Shown here: positions 1-9,690 of the stretch, one piece after another | Numbering within the stretch: position 1 is the stretch's first letter | Layout: every line of letters begins with the position of its first letter | Origin: Bacteriovoracaceae bacterium UBA4573 | GTDB taxonomy: Bacteria; Bdellovibrionota; UBA1018; UBA923 | Assembly: GCA_002387735.1 (NCBI GenBank) | Contig: DGKJ01000108.1 | Location: forward strand, 473-64,472 | Direction: 5' to 3' | DNA length: 64,000 nt | Notes under the pieces: model-generated | What the model saw: only the letters and a program-made list of their open reading frames with translations | The model's database searches: none | What the model was told of the DNA's origin: nothing | Position numbers and translations under genes: made by a program

Positions 1-893
1 CCTTCGAGTTCTTTTTTCCGTTCAGAGGCGTTCTCATCGCCGTCTTTAATGAGCTGGGCTTCAGCCGTATCGTAGGCTTTATCGTAAAGCCCGTATCGAT
101 CTTCTTTTTTCTGGGTAGCAAGCGCTTCGAGCACTAGAGGAAGCATGATCTTCTCGGCCGATTTCTTAAACGTATCTTCAACTTTTTTCGGTTCGAAAGT
201 TCGTTTCGTTTTGCCCACTTTTGATTTTAGTGACTCGATGATGTCGATCACAGGCTGCATAGCTTTTTGTCCAAAAAGAATGGCTTGTAACACTTCTTCT
301 TCTGGCACAACTCGCGCGCCGCCTTCGACCATCATAATGGCGCTCTTAGTGCTAGCTACGAAAATCTCCATGTCGGATTCTTCTTGCTGCGCAATCGTGG
401 GATTGCAGATCAATTGGCCATTAACGCGACCAACGCGACAAGCAGCCGTTGGACCCTGAAACGGAATCGAGGAAATCGCAAGTGCGGCCGAAGCGCCTAC
501 GCTCGCAACAACGTCCGGGTCATTTTCTTTATCGACACTCAGTACTGTTGCAATCACTTGCGTGTCATAGAAAAAGCCTTCTGGAAACAACGGGCGAATT
601 GGGCGATCAATGAGCCGTGCAGTCAATGTTGCGTCGGATGAAGGTCTCCCCTCGCGTTTAAAGAAGCCACCTGGAATTCTACCGGCAGCATAAAATTTTT
701 CTTGGTATTCTACAGTCAGCGGAAAAAAATCGATTCCGTCTTTCATGTCACTTTTGCTCACTGCGGTGACAAGCACCACAGTGTCGCCGTAAGTCACGAG
801 TACCGAACCATCTGCCTGTTTTGCCAAGCGGCCGGTTTCGATAGTGAGTTTGCGTCCGCCGAAATCGCAAGACACGGTTACTGGATTAAACAT
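1..893 (-). CDS. pnp: polynucleotide phosphorylase (PNPase), N-terminal part; C-terminus off window
   Basis: Reverse-strand translation from the ATG at 893 gives [47 protein letters not shown], which matches the PNPase N-terminus. It lies immediately downstream of rpsO, as in the conserved rpsO-pnp operon. It is absent from the ORF track because it runs off the window edge. Confidence 0.85.
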   Translation of the reverse strand, partial: MFNPVTVSCDFGGRKLTIETGRLAKQADGSVLVTYGDTVVLVTAVSKSDMKDGIDFFPLTVEYQEKFYAAGRIPGGFFKREGRPSSDATLTARLIDRPIRPLFPEGFFYDTQVIATVLSVDKENDPDVVASVGASAALAISSIPFQGPTAACRVGRVNGQLICNPTIAQQEESDMEIFVASTKSAIMMVEGGARVVPEEEVLQAILFGQKAMQPVIDIIESLKSKVGKTKRTFEPKKVEDTFKKSAEKIMLPLVLEALATQKKEDRYGLYDKAYDTAEAQLIKDGDENASERKKELE

Positions 894-1039
894 AATTGAT
901 CACTCCTTGTTTTTGTATGATGAGAGCGTAGGAGGGTTTATGAAACCTGAGTCGCGACCACTGTCTTGTGGTCGAACCACGAATCGGAAAAATAGATTTT
1001 TAGTTAAATCTTTTTTTCCAATTCGTGGTTTCTATCAAA

Positions 1040-1075
1040 CCCCTAAAAAAAAGGGCCCTTTCGGGCCCTCTCTCA
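1040..1075 (-). terminator. rpsO terminator / attenuator hairpin (GGGCCC-TTTC-GGGCCC followed by a T-tract on the minus strand)
   Basis: The plus strand reads aaaaaaaagggccctttcgggccctctc. Its reverse complement is a GC stem plus a U-run directly after the rpsO stop. This is the classic leaky terminator position between rpsO and pnp. Confidence 0.6.
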
Positions 1076-1078
1076 AAT

Positions 1079-1360
1079 TTATTTTCTTAATTCTAATGCG
1101 CCGATCAGCTTCAAGTAACGCTGAGGGCTTGCACCTTTCAAGTATTCAAGTACGCGCTTGCGACGACCTACTAATTTAAGAAGGCCAAGCTGCGAAGAAT
1201 AATCTTTTTTGTGGGTGCGAAGATGATCGGTAAGTTCATTGATACGACGGGTCATGAGCGCAACCTGCACCTCTGAAGAACCCGTGTCTGCCGTAGAAGT
1301 TTTATATTTTTCTACGACTGCTGCTTTTTCTTGTTTGTCTTGCGACGACTGATGCGCCAA
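1079..1360 (-). CDS. rpsO: 30S ribosomal protein S15
   Basis: The 93-aa product contains TGSSEVQVALMTRRINELTDHLRTHKKDYSSQLGLLKLVGRRKRVLEYLK, which closely matches S15 (TGSTEVQVALLT...HKKDHHSRRGLL...). Confidence 0.9.
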   Translation of the reverse strand: MAHQSSQDKQEKAAVVEKYKTSTADTGSSEVQVALMTRRINELTDHLRTHKKDYSSQLGLLKLVGRRKRVLEYLKGASPQRYLKLIGALELRK

Positions 1361-1500
1361 AGTAAATCTCCTTTTAATTAATCTTTTTAGATCCTCGGCT
1401 TATAGCCTGGGGAGCTCGGCCCGTCAATGCAGTCCTTAATACTTGACTATTATTGTTTAAAAATCAACTCTTTAGCCCTATTTACCGATTCGTTAACGAT

Positions 1501-4359
1501 ATGGTTTATTCTGCACGGCTCTTCAATATTCTAGCCCCTATTTTGGTGCTTTTGGCCTCGGCGCTGGGCCACGCCCAAGTGGAACGGGACCCCCCGCCCG
1601 AGGATTTATCCCCGCAGGCCAAGGTCTTATGGCGAGGTTACTTTTCGGACCCTCCGATTTACTCGGCAGACACCGTTTTTCTCGCACCAAAAACGTCCGC
1701 CATAAGTGAGCGGGAATTAAAAAAAATCGTAGAGGAACTTTACGCTCACCCTGAGTTTAAGGCTCGCCTGGATATTGGGACCGAGTTCGGAAAAAAACGC
1801 CAAGAACTAATTAAGGCGAGACTTAATCAAAGTTTGGTGCACTCGCCAAATCAGGTCCGATTAGAATATCGAAGTTTATTACAGAACAACGCAATCGAAA
1901 AACCCGCTTCACCAGACAAAATTGAACGAGCTGCGCGGGAGGATTTTCACAAAAGAACTGGCACGAACAAGGTCGAAGTACACCCTGCATTCAAAAAACT
2001 TTATCAGAAAATATACAACCGATTCGAAAATTCATTAACGGACCCTCGAACGGGGAGCTCCGACAAAGTCTTGTTTCAGGCTTTACTCGAAGATTTGAAC
2101 AAGAAACGAAATGAAACCATCGATAGCGCGATGCTTTTGCTTTATGAGGCCATTTCCGAAAAAGGCCTAAGCCCAGCACCCGACATTTTAGTTGGGTTTA
2201 GCGTTGGGTTTCGCACCGAAGGCGAATACCAGCTAAATCTTATAGAAACTGTGAATAGTCCCGAAAAAGCAAAACACCTTTTAAAAAAATTGCGTCAAAA
2301 AAATACTGAAATTTTCTCCATTGAAATTGGAACACCACAAGAAGAAATGATCGTTGCAATTCCTGAACGCGGTTCAATTTTGGCTGGTCTAAGATATGAT
2401 TCTGGCCCCAATGTAAGTATCTTAAGAGCCATCGACAGACTCGACGGTACTGAAATTCGAGAACAAGTAGATTTTATTCAACAACGGCTTCTCGCTTTTC
2501 AAAAGCTACGAGGTGAAATTCTAGATGCCATTAAAAATAATTACACGGCAGCCAAGTTAAATAACATCCTCGACTACCAAACGGGGGACCGCTCTCTAAA
2601 AGCAATTGCGGATAGCTATAAAGGGCTCTATGGCTGGGGCGAAAGTCGCAAACGCGGATTTTGGAACGATCGAATTCGGACCAGTGCCCACTTGCCGAAT
2701 ATCGGTACCGGCTTGGAAAATGCCGACGCGTTAGATCGTCGCCCCGCACCTCTAAAGAAAGGTTTTTTTTCTCGTGTATTGGATCGTGTGAGCCAAATAG
2801 AATCGAGATCGCGACGGAATAGATCGACGACCATCGATTCAACAATCGCGCCTGGTTTAATTACAAAAGGAGCCCCGGCCTCGAACACACCCAAGCAAAA
2901 CGCTGCCGATCATCCGGATTTGTTCGAGGTCCAGAATCTAGATTCGCATAGCGCCCCTCGCTATTTCTACGTGTCGAACGATATCGAAAATCGAAAAGAG
3001 TTTAATTTACCCAACAAAGCTCCTCGTTCGTCACTTCGCGTGACTTCGAGTACAGCATTGCCACATTCAACGAATGGCTTTTTAATAATTCCGCGTCCCC
3101 ATGGGCATGCAATTTCAAAACTATCCGTGCTTGGCCATGAAGGTAAAACTCTGGCCTACCGAAAAGACTATATTGTTCATGAGACGGGAGACGGACTTTC
3201 GTACTTAATCGAATTTCGTAAAAAACAACCTAACGGCGTTCGCCCTAGCGTCGAGTTCGTAAGACAACCAACAGGTCCCGGGATTAACTCCGAACTAAGT
3301 AGTCTCGATCTCGATGCGTTAGCAAAAATCAATGCTCGTCTAAATAAAGTAGGCTTTACCCAAATCGCCAATGCACTCGACCAACGTATCGCGTTCGCAC
3401 GAAAACAAGGGGCCTCTCTTTCTATGAGTGATCTTGAATCTATAGTCGCGCACGCGGGACTTTATTCGTACATAAAGGAATCTCAAATCGACCCACGTGC
3501 CATTGAACTCGACTCGACCTTTGGCCCCCATGCCAAGTTCTTGCACCAAGGGGTGCTCTGCGCACAATGCGACGGCGCGAACGCTTTTTTTGCCGATATT
3601 ATGCAAGAATACTTCAAGGCCGCGGGTAGCAAACTCGAAGTTTTCGACGCTTCGTCTTTAGTAAATCAAGCGGGCATCTTAAATGATGGTATTCGACACG
3701 CACAGATCGGTATTCGCGATCCTAACAGCTCTGATCGTATAGCTTCGTTTCTTATCTATGATGCTACAGCCAAAAGAAAGGACCCTCGTAATCCGAAATC
3801 CGTCGAGACTCCCCAGGGCGATCTCGACTCGCAACCCATTGCTCGAACTCGGTCTCGCGTAAAAGATACAATCAAAGAACTCGAAGCGAACGATACGAAT
3901 CTAAAAGCGACGTTCTCTAAATATAAACACCGTGTAATGAAATCCGCGAGTGACCCAATTGTTCGCACCACTCGATTAAACATGATTACTTCAGATTTGC
4001 TCGGAGGAAAAATCACTTTGCCCGACGCAACCGCACTTCTCAATGAAACATTGGGCCTAACGGGTGATGACGCTTTTGCTTCTTTTCAATCGATTGATGA
4101 AATGCTTTCGACAATTCAACAGCAAGCAAGAAAGACGCTGACTCTCATAGATCGACTAGACGAATCGAAATCGCTTCGGACCATTCAACTTCCCGTCCGG
4201 GATGCCGCAAGAACCACCCTTCGAACCATTGACGCAGAGTTGGAATCTATCAACAGCACCGATGTTTTCGATCACTGGACTGGACTCGACCGCATACCCG
4301 ACGTCGATGGCGCGGCCTGCTCTTTGTTGCTCATAATGCAACGCGCGAAATCCAATTAA
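1501..4359 (+). CDS. large secreted hypothetical protein (about 952 aa) with N-terminal signal peptide
   Basis: A long ORF. The ORF-track start at 1453 is a TTG. The ATG at 1501 gives MVYSARLFNILAPILVLLASALGHAQ, a good Sec signal peptide. No recognisable catalytic motif. Confidence 0.55.
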   Translation: MVYSARLFNILAPILVLLASALGHAQVERDPPPEDLSPQAKVLWRGYFSDPPIYSADTVFLAPKTSAISERELKKIVEELYAHPEFKARLDIGTEFGKKRQELIKARLNQSLVHSPNQVRLEYRSLLQNNAIEKPASPDKIERAAREDFHKRTGTNKVEVHPAFKKLYQKIYNRFENSLTDPRTGSSDKVLFQALLEDLNKKRNETIDSAMLLLYEAISEKGLSPAPDILVGFSVGFRTEGEYQLNLIETVNSPEKAKHLLKKLRQKNTEIFSIEIGTPQEEMIVAIPERGSILAGLRYDSGPNVSILRAIDRLDGTEIREQVDFIQQRLLAFQKLRGEILDAIKNNYTAAKLNNILDYQTGDRSLKAIADSYKGLYGWGESRKRGFWNDRIRTSAHLPNIGTGLENADALDRRPAPLKKGFFSRVLDRVSQIESRSRRNRSTTIDSTIAPGLITKGAPASNTPKQNAADHPDLFEVQNLDSHSAPRYFYVSNDIENRKEFNLPNKAPRSSLRVTSSTALPHSTNGFLIIPRPHGHAISKLSVLGHEGKTLAYRKDYIVHETGDGLSYLIEFRKKQPNGVRPSVEFVRQPTGPGINSELSSLDLDALAKINARLNKVGFTQIANALDQRIAFARKQGASLSMSDLESIVAHAGLYSYIKESQIDPRAIELDSTFGPHAKFLHQGVLCAQCDGANAFFADIMQEYFKAAGSKLEVFDASSLVNQAGILNDGIRHAQIGIRDPNSSDRIASFLIYDATAKRKDPRNPKSVETPQGDLDSQPIARTRSRVKDTIKELEANDTNLKATFSKYKHRVMKSASDPIVRTTRLNMITSDLLGGKITLPDATALLNETLGLTGDDAFASFQSIDEMLSTIQQQARKTLTLIDRLDESKSLRTIQLPVRDAARTTLRTIDAELESINSTDVFDHWTGLDRIPDVDGAACSLLLIMQRAKSN

Positions 4360-4363
4360 ATTA

Positions 4364-5476
4364 TTAACGAATATAGTCTTGGTAAAAGGCACGAAGTTTT
4401 TCGATAACCTTCGCTTCAATTTGACGGGCGCGTTCCCGGGTTAATCCAAACTGATCGGCCACCTCTTGCAACGTTTTGGGTTGGTCCGCCGCCAAACGTT
4501 CTTTAAAAATCGCCAGCTCTTTTTCTTTAAGAGTTTTAACAAAGTCTGAAAGATGTTCTTTCAATATTTTCTTAAGCTCTTGGCCCTCAAATTCATCATC
4601 AGCAGACTCACGCTCGTCGGCTAGCAAGTCTTGGTGGGTCGTCTGGCTATCATCTTCGCCACCCAACGGATTATTCAAACTCACGTCACCGGAGCCCGCT
4701 CCTAAGCGTTTTTCCATTTCAATGACGTCTTGTTCTCGCACGTTTAATTTTTCTGCCAGGAGCTTCGGCCCAGCCTCGAGCCCTTGCGCTTCAAGCCGTT
4801 CCTTTTCGCGCATAAGGTGAAAAAACAGTTTTTTCTGGGCTGCCGTGGTTCCAACGCGCACTTGGCGAAAGTTATCGAGAATGTATTTCAAAATATAGGA
4901 GCGAATCCACCAACTCGCGTAATAGCCCAGCCGCGCGCCTTTACTGGGATCATACTTGCTCACAGCCTTCATGAGCCCTACGTTGCCCTCTTGAACCAGA
5001 TCTAGAATGTTCTGATAAGCGGAGCGATACTCCATGGCAATCTTCACAACCAGCCTAAGATTAGCCTGCACCAGTCGTTTTGCCGCATCAATGTCCCCAG
5101 TATCGCGCAACTTCACCGCAAGCGCGAATTCGTCCTCGGGCGAAAGAAGTGGATATTTCGACACGTCACGAAGGTAATGTTTAAACGGATCTAAATGAGG
5201 AGGAAGCGCTGGCAACTGCTCGAGTTCAGCGGCCAAATCCGGCCCCGAAGCACCGGCTGGTACCGGAAATCCGGGATCCCCCACCAACTCGGCCTCAAGA
5301 ACCTCCCCTTCGTCGCCCTCTGCCCCTTCGGAATTGGCCGTTGATCGACCTTCGTCCTCGGCGAGCTCGCCTTCGAGTATCTCAGGGGTGACGACCTTCG
5401 GTACTTGTGCCCGAGTAGATTTGGCTTTTTTTGATTTTTTGGCTTCTGAGCGTTTCATCATGATCGGTGTCCCCAA
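4364..5476 (-). CDS. rpoH: RNA polymerase sigma-32-like factor (RpoH family) with about 90-aa Lys/acidic N-terminal extension
   Basis: Region 2 reads DLVQEGNVGLMKAVSKYDPSKGARLGYYASWWIRSYI. The RpoH box reads VRVGTTAAQKKLFFHLMREKERL (compare E. coli RpoH [24 protein letters not shown]). Region 4.2 reads TLQEVADQFGLTRERARQIEAKVIEKLR. Confidence 0.7.
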   Translation of the reverse strand: MGTPIMMKRSEAKKSKKAKSTRAQVPKVVTPEILEGELAEDEGRSTANSEGAEGDEGEVLEAELVGDPGFPVPAGASGPDLAAELEQLPALPPHLDPFKHYLRDVSKYPLLSPEDEFALAVKLRDTGDIDAAKRLVQANLRLVVKIAMEYRSAYQNILDLVQEGNVGLMKAVSKYDPSKGARLGYYASWWIRSYILKYILDNFRQVRVGTTAAQKKLFFHLMREKERLEAQGLEAGPKLLAEKLNVREQDVIEMEKRLGAGSGDVSLNNPLGGEDDSQTTHQDLLADERESADDEFEGQELKKILKEHLSDFVKTLKEKELAIFKERLAADQPKTLQEVADQFGLTRERARQIEAKVIEKLRAFYQDYIR

Positions 5477-5752
5477 CTCTATAATACGAACCCTTGATTT
5501 TCACGGACCTTTTCAAGTATAACGCGGTGCGATTTCGCCGAATGGTGCAAAGACGACTCGTTTGTTAGACATTTCTGTAAAAATTACAGGAATCCAAGGG
5601 TCTCAGATGTCCAAATTCTGAACAACCTTTGAGTGCTAAAACCTTGTTTTACTTCTGAAAAACGGGCTTTTTTCGCCATGAAATTCTGCTTGGTACACGG
5701 CTTGCTTTGTGCATCGGCGGACTTAAAGCTTTGTTTTTTTAACGGAGGTATC

Positions 5753-6670
5753 ATGAAAGGTCTTTTTACTCGGACTTCAGTAATCGGAGCAGTAGCTCTG
5801 TGGTCGGTAGCTGGTCTTGCAGCTTCGACTTCAACAACGGTTTCGAACGCTCCCGCTTCAAGCGGCGCTGTTTCAGAAACCAGCATTCAAGACGTGGCTG
5901 CTCAACCGAAAGCACTTCCAATCTCGGCCGCTGCTGTAAATGACTTTTACGGCCCAGCCCTGAACGATCTTGGTGCTCGCCAAACTGCAGATTCCGCAAA
6001 GGACGCAGTTCAACCACTAAACAGCCGTCACCAAATCGGCATTTCCTATGCGATTGATGAGTCAACTAAGTTTACTCCAACCCTCGACTTCAGCCTTAAC
6101 TACACGATTCCTAAAGGTGTAGAAAATGGTGAACGTAACTTCGCATGGAATGACAGTTACTTGAAGCTTAGCCGCGCTGGCTTGCTTGACGGCAAATTGG
6201 GCGGAAACGCTGTCGCTCTCGATGGCGACATTCGCTACATGCTTCCTACGAGCAAAGGTGCTCGTGACGCTGACTCGTACGGTGCAGTTCGTCTGTCGCT
6301 TTCTCCAAGCATGCAGATCGCGAATTCGAACTTTTCAATCGTAGCTACAAACTACGCGCGCATTCACATGTACCGCTCGGTTACAGAAAATCTTTCGGCT
6401 ACTCGCTGGAAGTTCTACACGGGCCCACAAGTGAATTACGCTGTGAACGACAAAGTTACTGCGTTTGTTCTTTTCGAAGCCGTAGCTGCTTTTGACAACC
6501 AGGGTTACTCCAACACCACGAACGATCAACTCTCGCTCGCGGACTTGGAACCAGGTGTTGAACTCAACTTGCACGAGCGCGTATCGCTCACGCCGTTTCT
6601 GAACTGGTACACGAACCAGCCAATCAGCACGACGTCGATCAACCTGAACGCTACGATCAAGATGCTCTAA
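5753..6670 (+). CDS. secreted beta-rich protein, putative outer-membrane porin-like protein
   Basis: The ORF track begins at 5633. The internal ATG at 5753 is preceded by GGAGG (5745-5749) and gives a signal peptide MKGLFTRTSVIGAVALWSVAGLAAS. Alternating hydrophobic patterning suggests beta-strands. Confidence 0.45.
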   Translation: MKGLFTRTSVIGAVALWSVAGLAASTSTTVSNAPASSGAVSETSIQDVAAQPKALPISAAAVNDFYGPALNDLGARQTADSAKDAVQPLNSRHQIGISYAIDESTKFTPTLDFSLNYTIPKGVENGERNFAWNDSYLKLSRAGLLDGKLGGNAVALDGDIRYMLPTSKGARDADSYGAVRLSLSPSMQIANSNFSIVATNYARIHMYRSVTENLSATRWKFYTGPQVNYAVNDKVTAFVLFEAVAAFDNQGYSNTTNDQLSLADLEPGVELNLHERVSLTPFLNWYTNQPISTTSINLNATIKML

Positions 6671-6713
6671 AACGGAGCACGATCTAAGAGTTCTAAGAAC
6701 TTAGAAATCAAAG

Positions 6714-6752
6714 CCCTCTCAAACTTCGGTTTGAGGGGGCTTTTTGTTTTTG
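6714..6752 (+). terminator. rho-independent terminator
   Basis: The sequence ccctctcaaac-ttcg-gtttgaggggg is followed by ctttttgttttt, 45 nt after the stop of the 5753..6670 gene. Confidence 0.6.
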
Positions 6753-6837
6753 CAGGCGCTACAAGTTTGATTTTGCCGGTCGGCAAAACCTTCTTCTGTT
6801 CCACCAACATCCCCGCCGATACAATATTGGTCGGGGA

Positions 6838-7989
6838 ATGGTGGGAATGGCTCAAGCTTCACTCTTTTTTGAACACGATGGCAAACTAGTTGGCCCATAC
6901 AGCGTCGACGAGATTGCCCAACAATTGCACGCCGGCTCACTTCGAGTTTCCGCTCGCCTGTTCGACGCCGACAATGACCGCTGGACCACTGCGGCAGATG
7001 TAATTCCCAATCTCAATTTTGAGTCCCCTCGCGACTGGCGCCCACCGGCTCGACCGGTAGATCTTAGCAATGTGCACGTGGCGAAACTTAATCGTGAACG
7101 CACCGAAGGAATCGATTATTTCGCATTAATTTCCGAAAGAAAAAAAGAAATTCATCGAGAAAAGTCCAATGCCAAACCCCAGACGCTGCCAAATGCCAAG
7201 ACTAATTGGGCTGCACCGAAAATTTTTTCGCAAGGTGCCGCTGAAATTACCAAAACATTGAAACGTTATTTTAAACGCCCGAGCAAAACCACGGGCGAAC
7301 GCGCGGCCTCAACCGGCAAAGTTCTGGACTTTGCTCAAAGGTCTCGACACATTCTTCGCGAGAATTTGCGAGAGTTCGCAGTAGCGGCGTCGCTAGCCTT
7401 GGTATTTACTGGTACCTATGCGTTGGTCAAAACATTTTCAAACGAACAAACCCAACGTCAGCCCGCGGCAACCGGTGCCACGCCAAAAAGTAAACCGGTA
7501 ACGTCGTCAAAACCGTTTGCGGCAGAGCAGGCCGAAGAAATCGGCAAAGGAAGCGCGCCGATCCAAAGACCCCGAGGATCGGCGGGAGCTAAAAAACCCA
7601 CCTCAGTTCTTAACGAAATCGCACCGCTTGCGGCACCGGCTCCGACCGAGCCGCCGGCCAATGCCGTGAATCAAAACACCGACAATCAGGGCTCAGGTCC
7701 CCTCTACTACAGTACGTCTGAAGATTACCCGCAAGAACAAGTCGTAACCGATGATACTCAGACCACGCCCGGCGAGGCCGCGTATCCCGGTCCGAACTCG
7801 GCTTATTCTGGCACCGACCCAACGTCTTCGGATCCGGCGGCCATGCAAGCAGTCACCGGCAACCGTAGTGCTTACCCTGATCCACCGATCCCAGAGGGCG
7901 TGCCTCCTCCCGTCGGGGACGACGCCTACCGCACTCCAACCTCGGACGGCACCACCGATGGAACCAACGGTCAGTCCGAAGACTACTAA
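6838..7989 (+). CDS. membrane protein with N-terminal GYF-like (DUF4339-type) domain and Pro/Thr-rich C-terminal tail
   Basis: The N-terminus FEHDGKLVGPYSVDEIAQQLHAGSL resembles GYF_2/DUF4339. A single TM segment FAVAASLALVFTGTYALV follows. The C-terminal half is low-complexity (P, T, G, D rich). Confidence 0.45.
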   Translation: MVGMAQASLFFEHDGKLVGPYSVDEIAQQLHAGSLRVSARLFDADNDRWTTAADVIPNLNFESPRDWRPPARPVDLSNVHVAKLNRERTEGIDYFALISERKKEIHREKSNAKPQTLPNAKTNWAAPKIFSQGAAEITKTLKRYFKRPSKTTGERAASTGKVLDFAQRSRHILRENLREFAVAASLALVFTGTYALVKTFSNEQTQRQPAATGATPKSKPVTSSKPFAAEQAEEIGKGSAPIQRPRGSAGAKKPTSVLNEIAPLAAPAPTEPPANAVNQNTDNQGSGPLYYSTSEDYPQEQVVTDDTQTTPGEAAYPGPNSAYSGTDPTSSDPAAMQAVTGNRSAYPDPPIPEGVPPPVGDDAYRTPTSDGTTDGTNGQSEDY

Positions 7990-8071
7990 AACGACCTGAA
8001 TCGATCGCCCTTTCGGTCCGTCGGTTGACGGGTTAAACCCCCTCGCGCTAGTCTCGGCACTCAATACGATC

Positions 8072-8731
8072 ATGAAACGACATCGCAAAGTCCCCCAAAA
8101 AGCGTCCGGCCGTTTTATTGTAATTGAAGGCGGCGACGGCACCGGAAAGTCCACTCTGCTAAACAAGATCGAGCACGCGTTAAAAGCACGTGCGATTCAG
8201 TGTGTACGAACGCGAGAACCTGGCGGCACACCACTCGCGGAAGAAATTCGCGAGCTTATTCTTGCTCACCAGCGTCCGGGCTATGAGATCGATGCCAAAA
8301 CAGAGTTACTGTTATACGAGGCCGCACGCGCACACCATGTGCGAAATGTTATTCGCCCGCACCTAGCAGCGGGAACCACTGTGCTCTGTGATCGTTTCAC
8401 CTACTCGTCGATTGCCTATCAAGGCGCGGCTCGAGGTTTGGGAGAAAAAACCGTGGCTATCTTAAACTCGATTGCCACAGAGGGCCTTGAACCCGACCTT
8501 GTTATCGTGTTGGATCTCGCCACCAAGCAAGCCAAAGCCCGCCGCAGTCTGCGGGGCGCCGCAAATCGACTAGACATTGAGCCCGATAGTTTTCATGAAA
8601 AAGTGCGCCGCGCTTTTTTAAAACTCGCGAAAGCAAACCCGCGCAGGTGTGTCGTACTCGACGCCAGTCTTGACCCCGACACCGTGTTTGCAAGGTTGCT
8701 CGCACTCAAACCCTGGAAGAGGTTATTTTGA
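8072..8731 (+). CDS. tmk: thymidylate kinase
   Basis: P-loop IVIEGGDGTGKST and the DRFTYSSIAYQG motif. The length of 219 aa fits Tmk. Confidence 0.85.
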   Translation: MKRHRKVPQKASGRFIVIEGGDGTGKSTLLNKIEHALKARAIQCVRTREPGGTPLAEEIRELILAHQRPGYEIDAKTELLLYEAARAHHVRNVIRPHLAAGTTVLCDRFTYSSIAYQGAARGLGEKTVAILNSIATEGLEPDLVIVLDLATKQAKARRSLRGAANRLDIEPDSFHEKVRRAFLKLAKANPRRCVVLDASLDPDTVFARLLALKPWKRLF

Positions 8732-9690
8732 ATCTCAAACCCCTCTTTCAAGATGACGCCTGGAACACCCTGCGCTCAATGGCGCACCCCGACCCTTTGC
8801 GGCTACCAGGGTCGATAATATTCCTCGGCCCAGAGGGGGTTGGAAAAAAACGAACCGCTCGCGCGCTATTTCAGTTGATCCACTGCCTGCAGCCTGCGGA
8901 ATTCGAGGCCTGTGGCGCTTGCCGTACCTGTATGCTTGTGGCCAATGGCAATCACGTTGACCTAGTGGAGGTGGAACCGAAAGGTTCTACCATTCATGTA
9001 GAAGAACTACGCGAAGTGCTAAAATCAAACGCATTTCGACCTTACGAAGGTCGAATTCGGTTAATTCTAATCGACCAAGCACATCTACTCGGTGTTTCGG
9101 CTGCCAACGTACTGCTCAAGTCGCTCGAAGAACCACCCGAGTACGTGAAGTTCGTGCTCATCACTCACGAACGCACCCAACTGCTCCCAACTATTACCAG
9201 CCGCAGCCAATTCGTTTATTTTCGTCCGCTCGAAGAAGCGGCTATTTGGGAAATCGCCGAGCGCCAATCGCTTGCATTGCCCTCGGAATTAAAAGGAGTT
9301 TTTTCCGCACTGCTCGGTGGGGGGCTTGCCCGACTTCATACGCTCGCCCAGGCAGATTCACTCGAATTTCTAAAAAAGGCCCGTCAGTGGCTACAGTCCA
9401 GCGGACAAGGCGGACGCCGGAGTTGGCAAGAGACCGTACAGTTTGCCGACCAATTGAGCGCGCTGAGCGACGAACAATGGACCGCATTATTTGCGTTGGC
9501 CTCCTGCGAGTGTTTAAAAGCAGCAACCGATCGTGCGGCCGAAGGTCAACTCGCAATGGCCTATAACTGGGCCCAACGTGGACTTCGCTTTTCGCAATTC
9601 GAGCAAGGGTTTGAAGCCAATGCCAATAAAAAACTAGTCGCGTTGCTCGTTAGCCAAGCACTCAGCGGGGAACATGTGGCGGGCCCATGA
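8728..9690 (+). CDS. holB: DNA polymerase III subunit delta prime
   Basis: IFLGPEGVGKKRTA AAA+ P-loop and the CGACRTC zinc module. It follows tmk as in many bacteria. The TTG start overlaps the tmk TGA. Confidence 0.75.
   Translation: MNLKPLFQDDAWNTLRSMAHPDPLRLPGSIIFLGPEGVGKKRTARALFQLIHCLQPAEFEACGACRTCMLVANGNHVDLVEVEPKGSTIHVEELREVLKSNAFRPYEGRIRLILIDQAHLLGVSAANVLLKSLEEPPEYVKFVLITHERTQLLPTITSRSQFVYFRPLEEAAIWEIAERQSLALPSELKGVFSALLGGGLARLHTLAQADSLEFLKKARQWLQSSGQGGRRSWQETVQFADQLSALSDEQWTALFALASCECLKAATDRAAEGQLAMAYNWAQRGLRFSQFEQGFEANANKKLVALLVSQALSGEHVAGP

Noticed and set aside
145-1179. Plus-strand ORFs 145..459, 384..641, 702..899 and 844..1179 from the ORF track
   Set aside because: They lie antisense to the clearly homologous pnp coding sequence (PNPase N-terminus on the minus strand). 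They have no RBS and their translations are low-complexity.
5511-5517. CTTGAAA sigma-32 -35-like motif upstream of the rpoH-like gene
   Set aside because: No convincing -10 (CCCCATNT or TATAAT) lies at the correct spacing, so no promoter is called.
4476-5522. Plus-strand ORFs antisense to the sigma-factor gene (4476..4820, 4784..5005, 5334..5522)
   Set aside because: They fall inside a well-supported RpoH-like CDS on the opposite strand. They are Ser/Arg-rich artefact translations.
7693-8166. 157-aa minus-strand ORF and neighbouring ORFs (7458..7661, 7610..7822, 7751..7999)
   Set aside because: They lie antisense or alternate-frame within the GC-rich Pro/Thr-rich tail of the 6838..7989 gene. 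Such regions generate long spurious ORFs.
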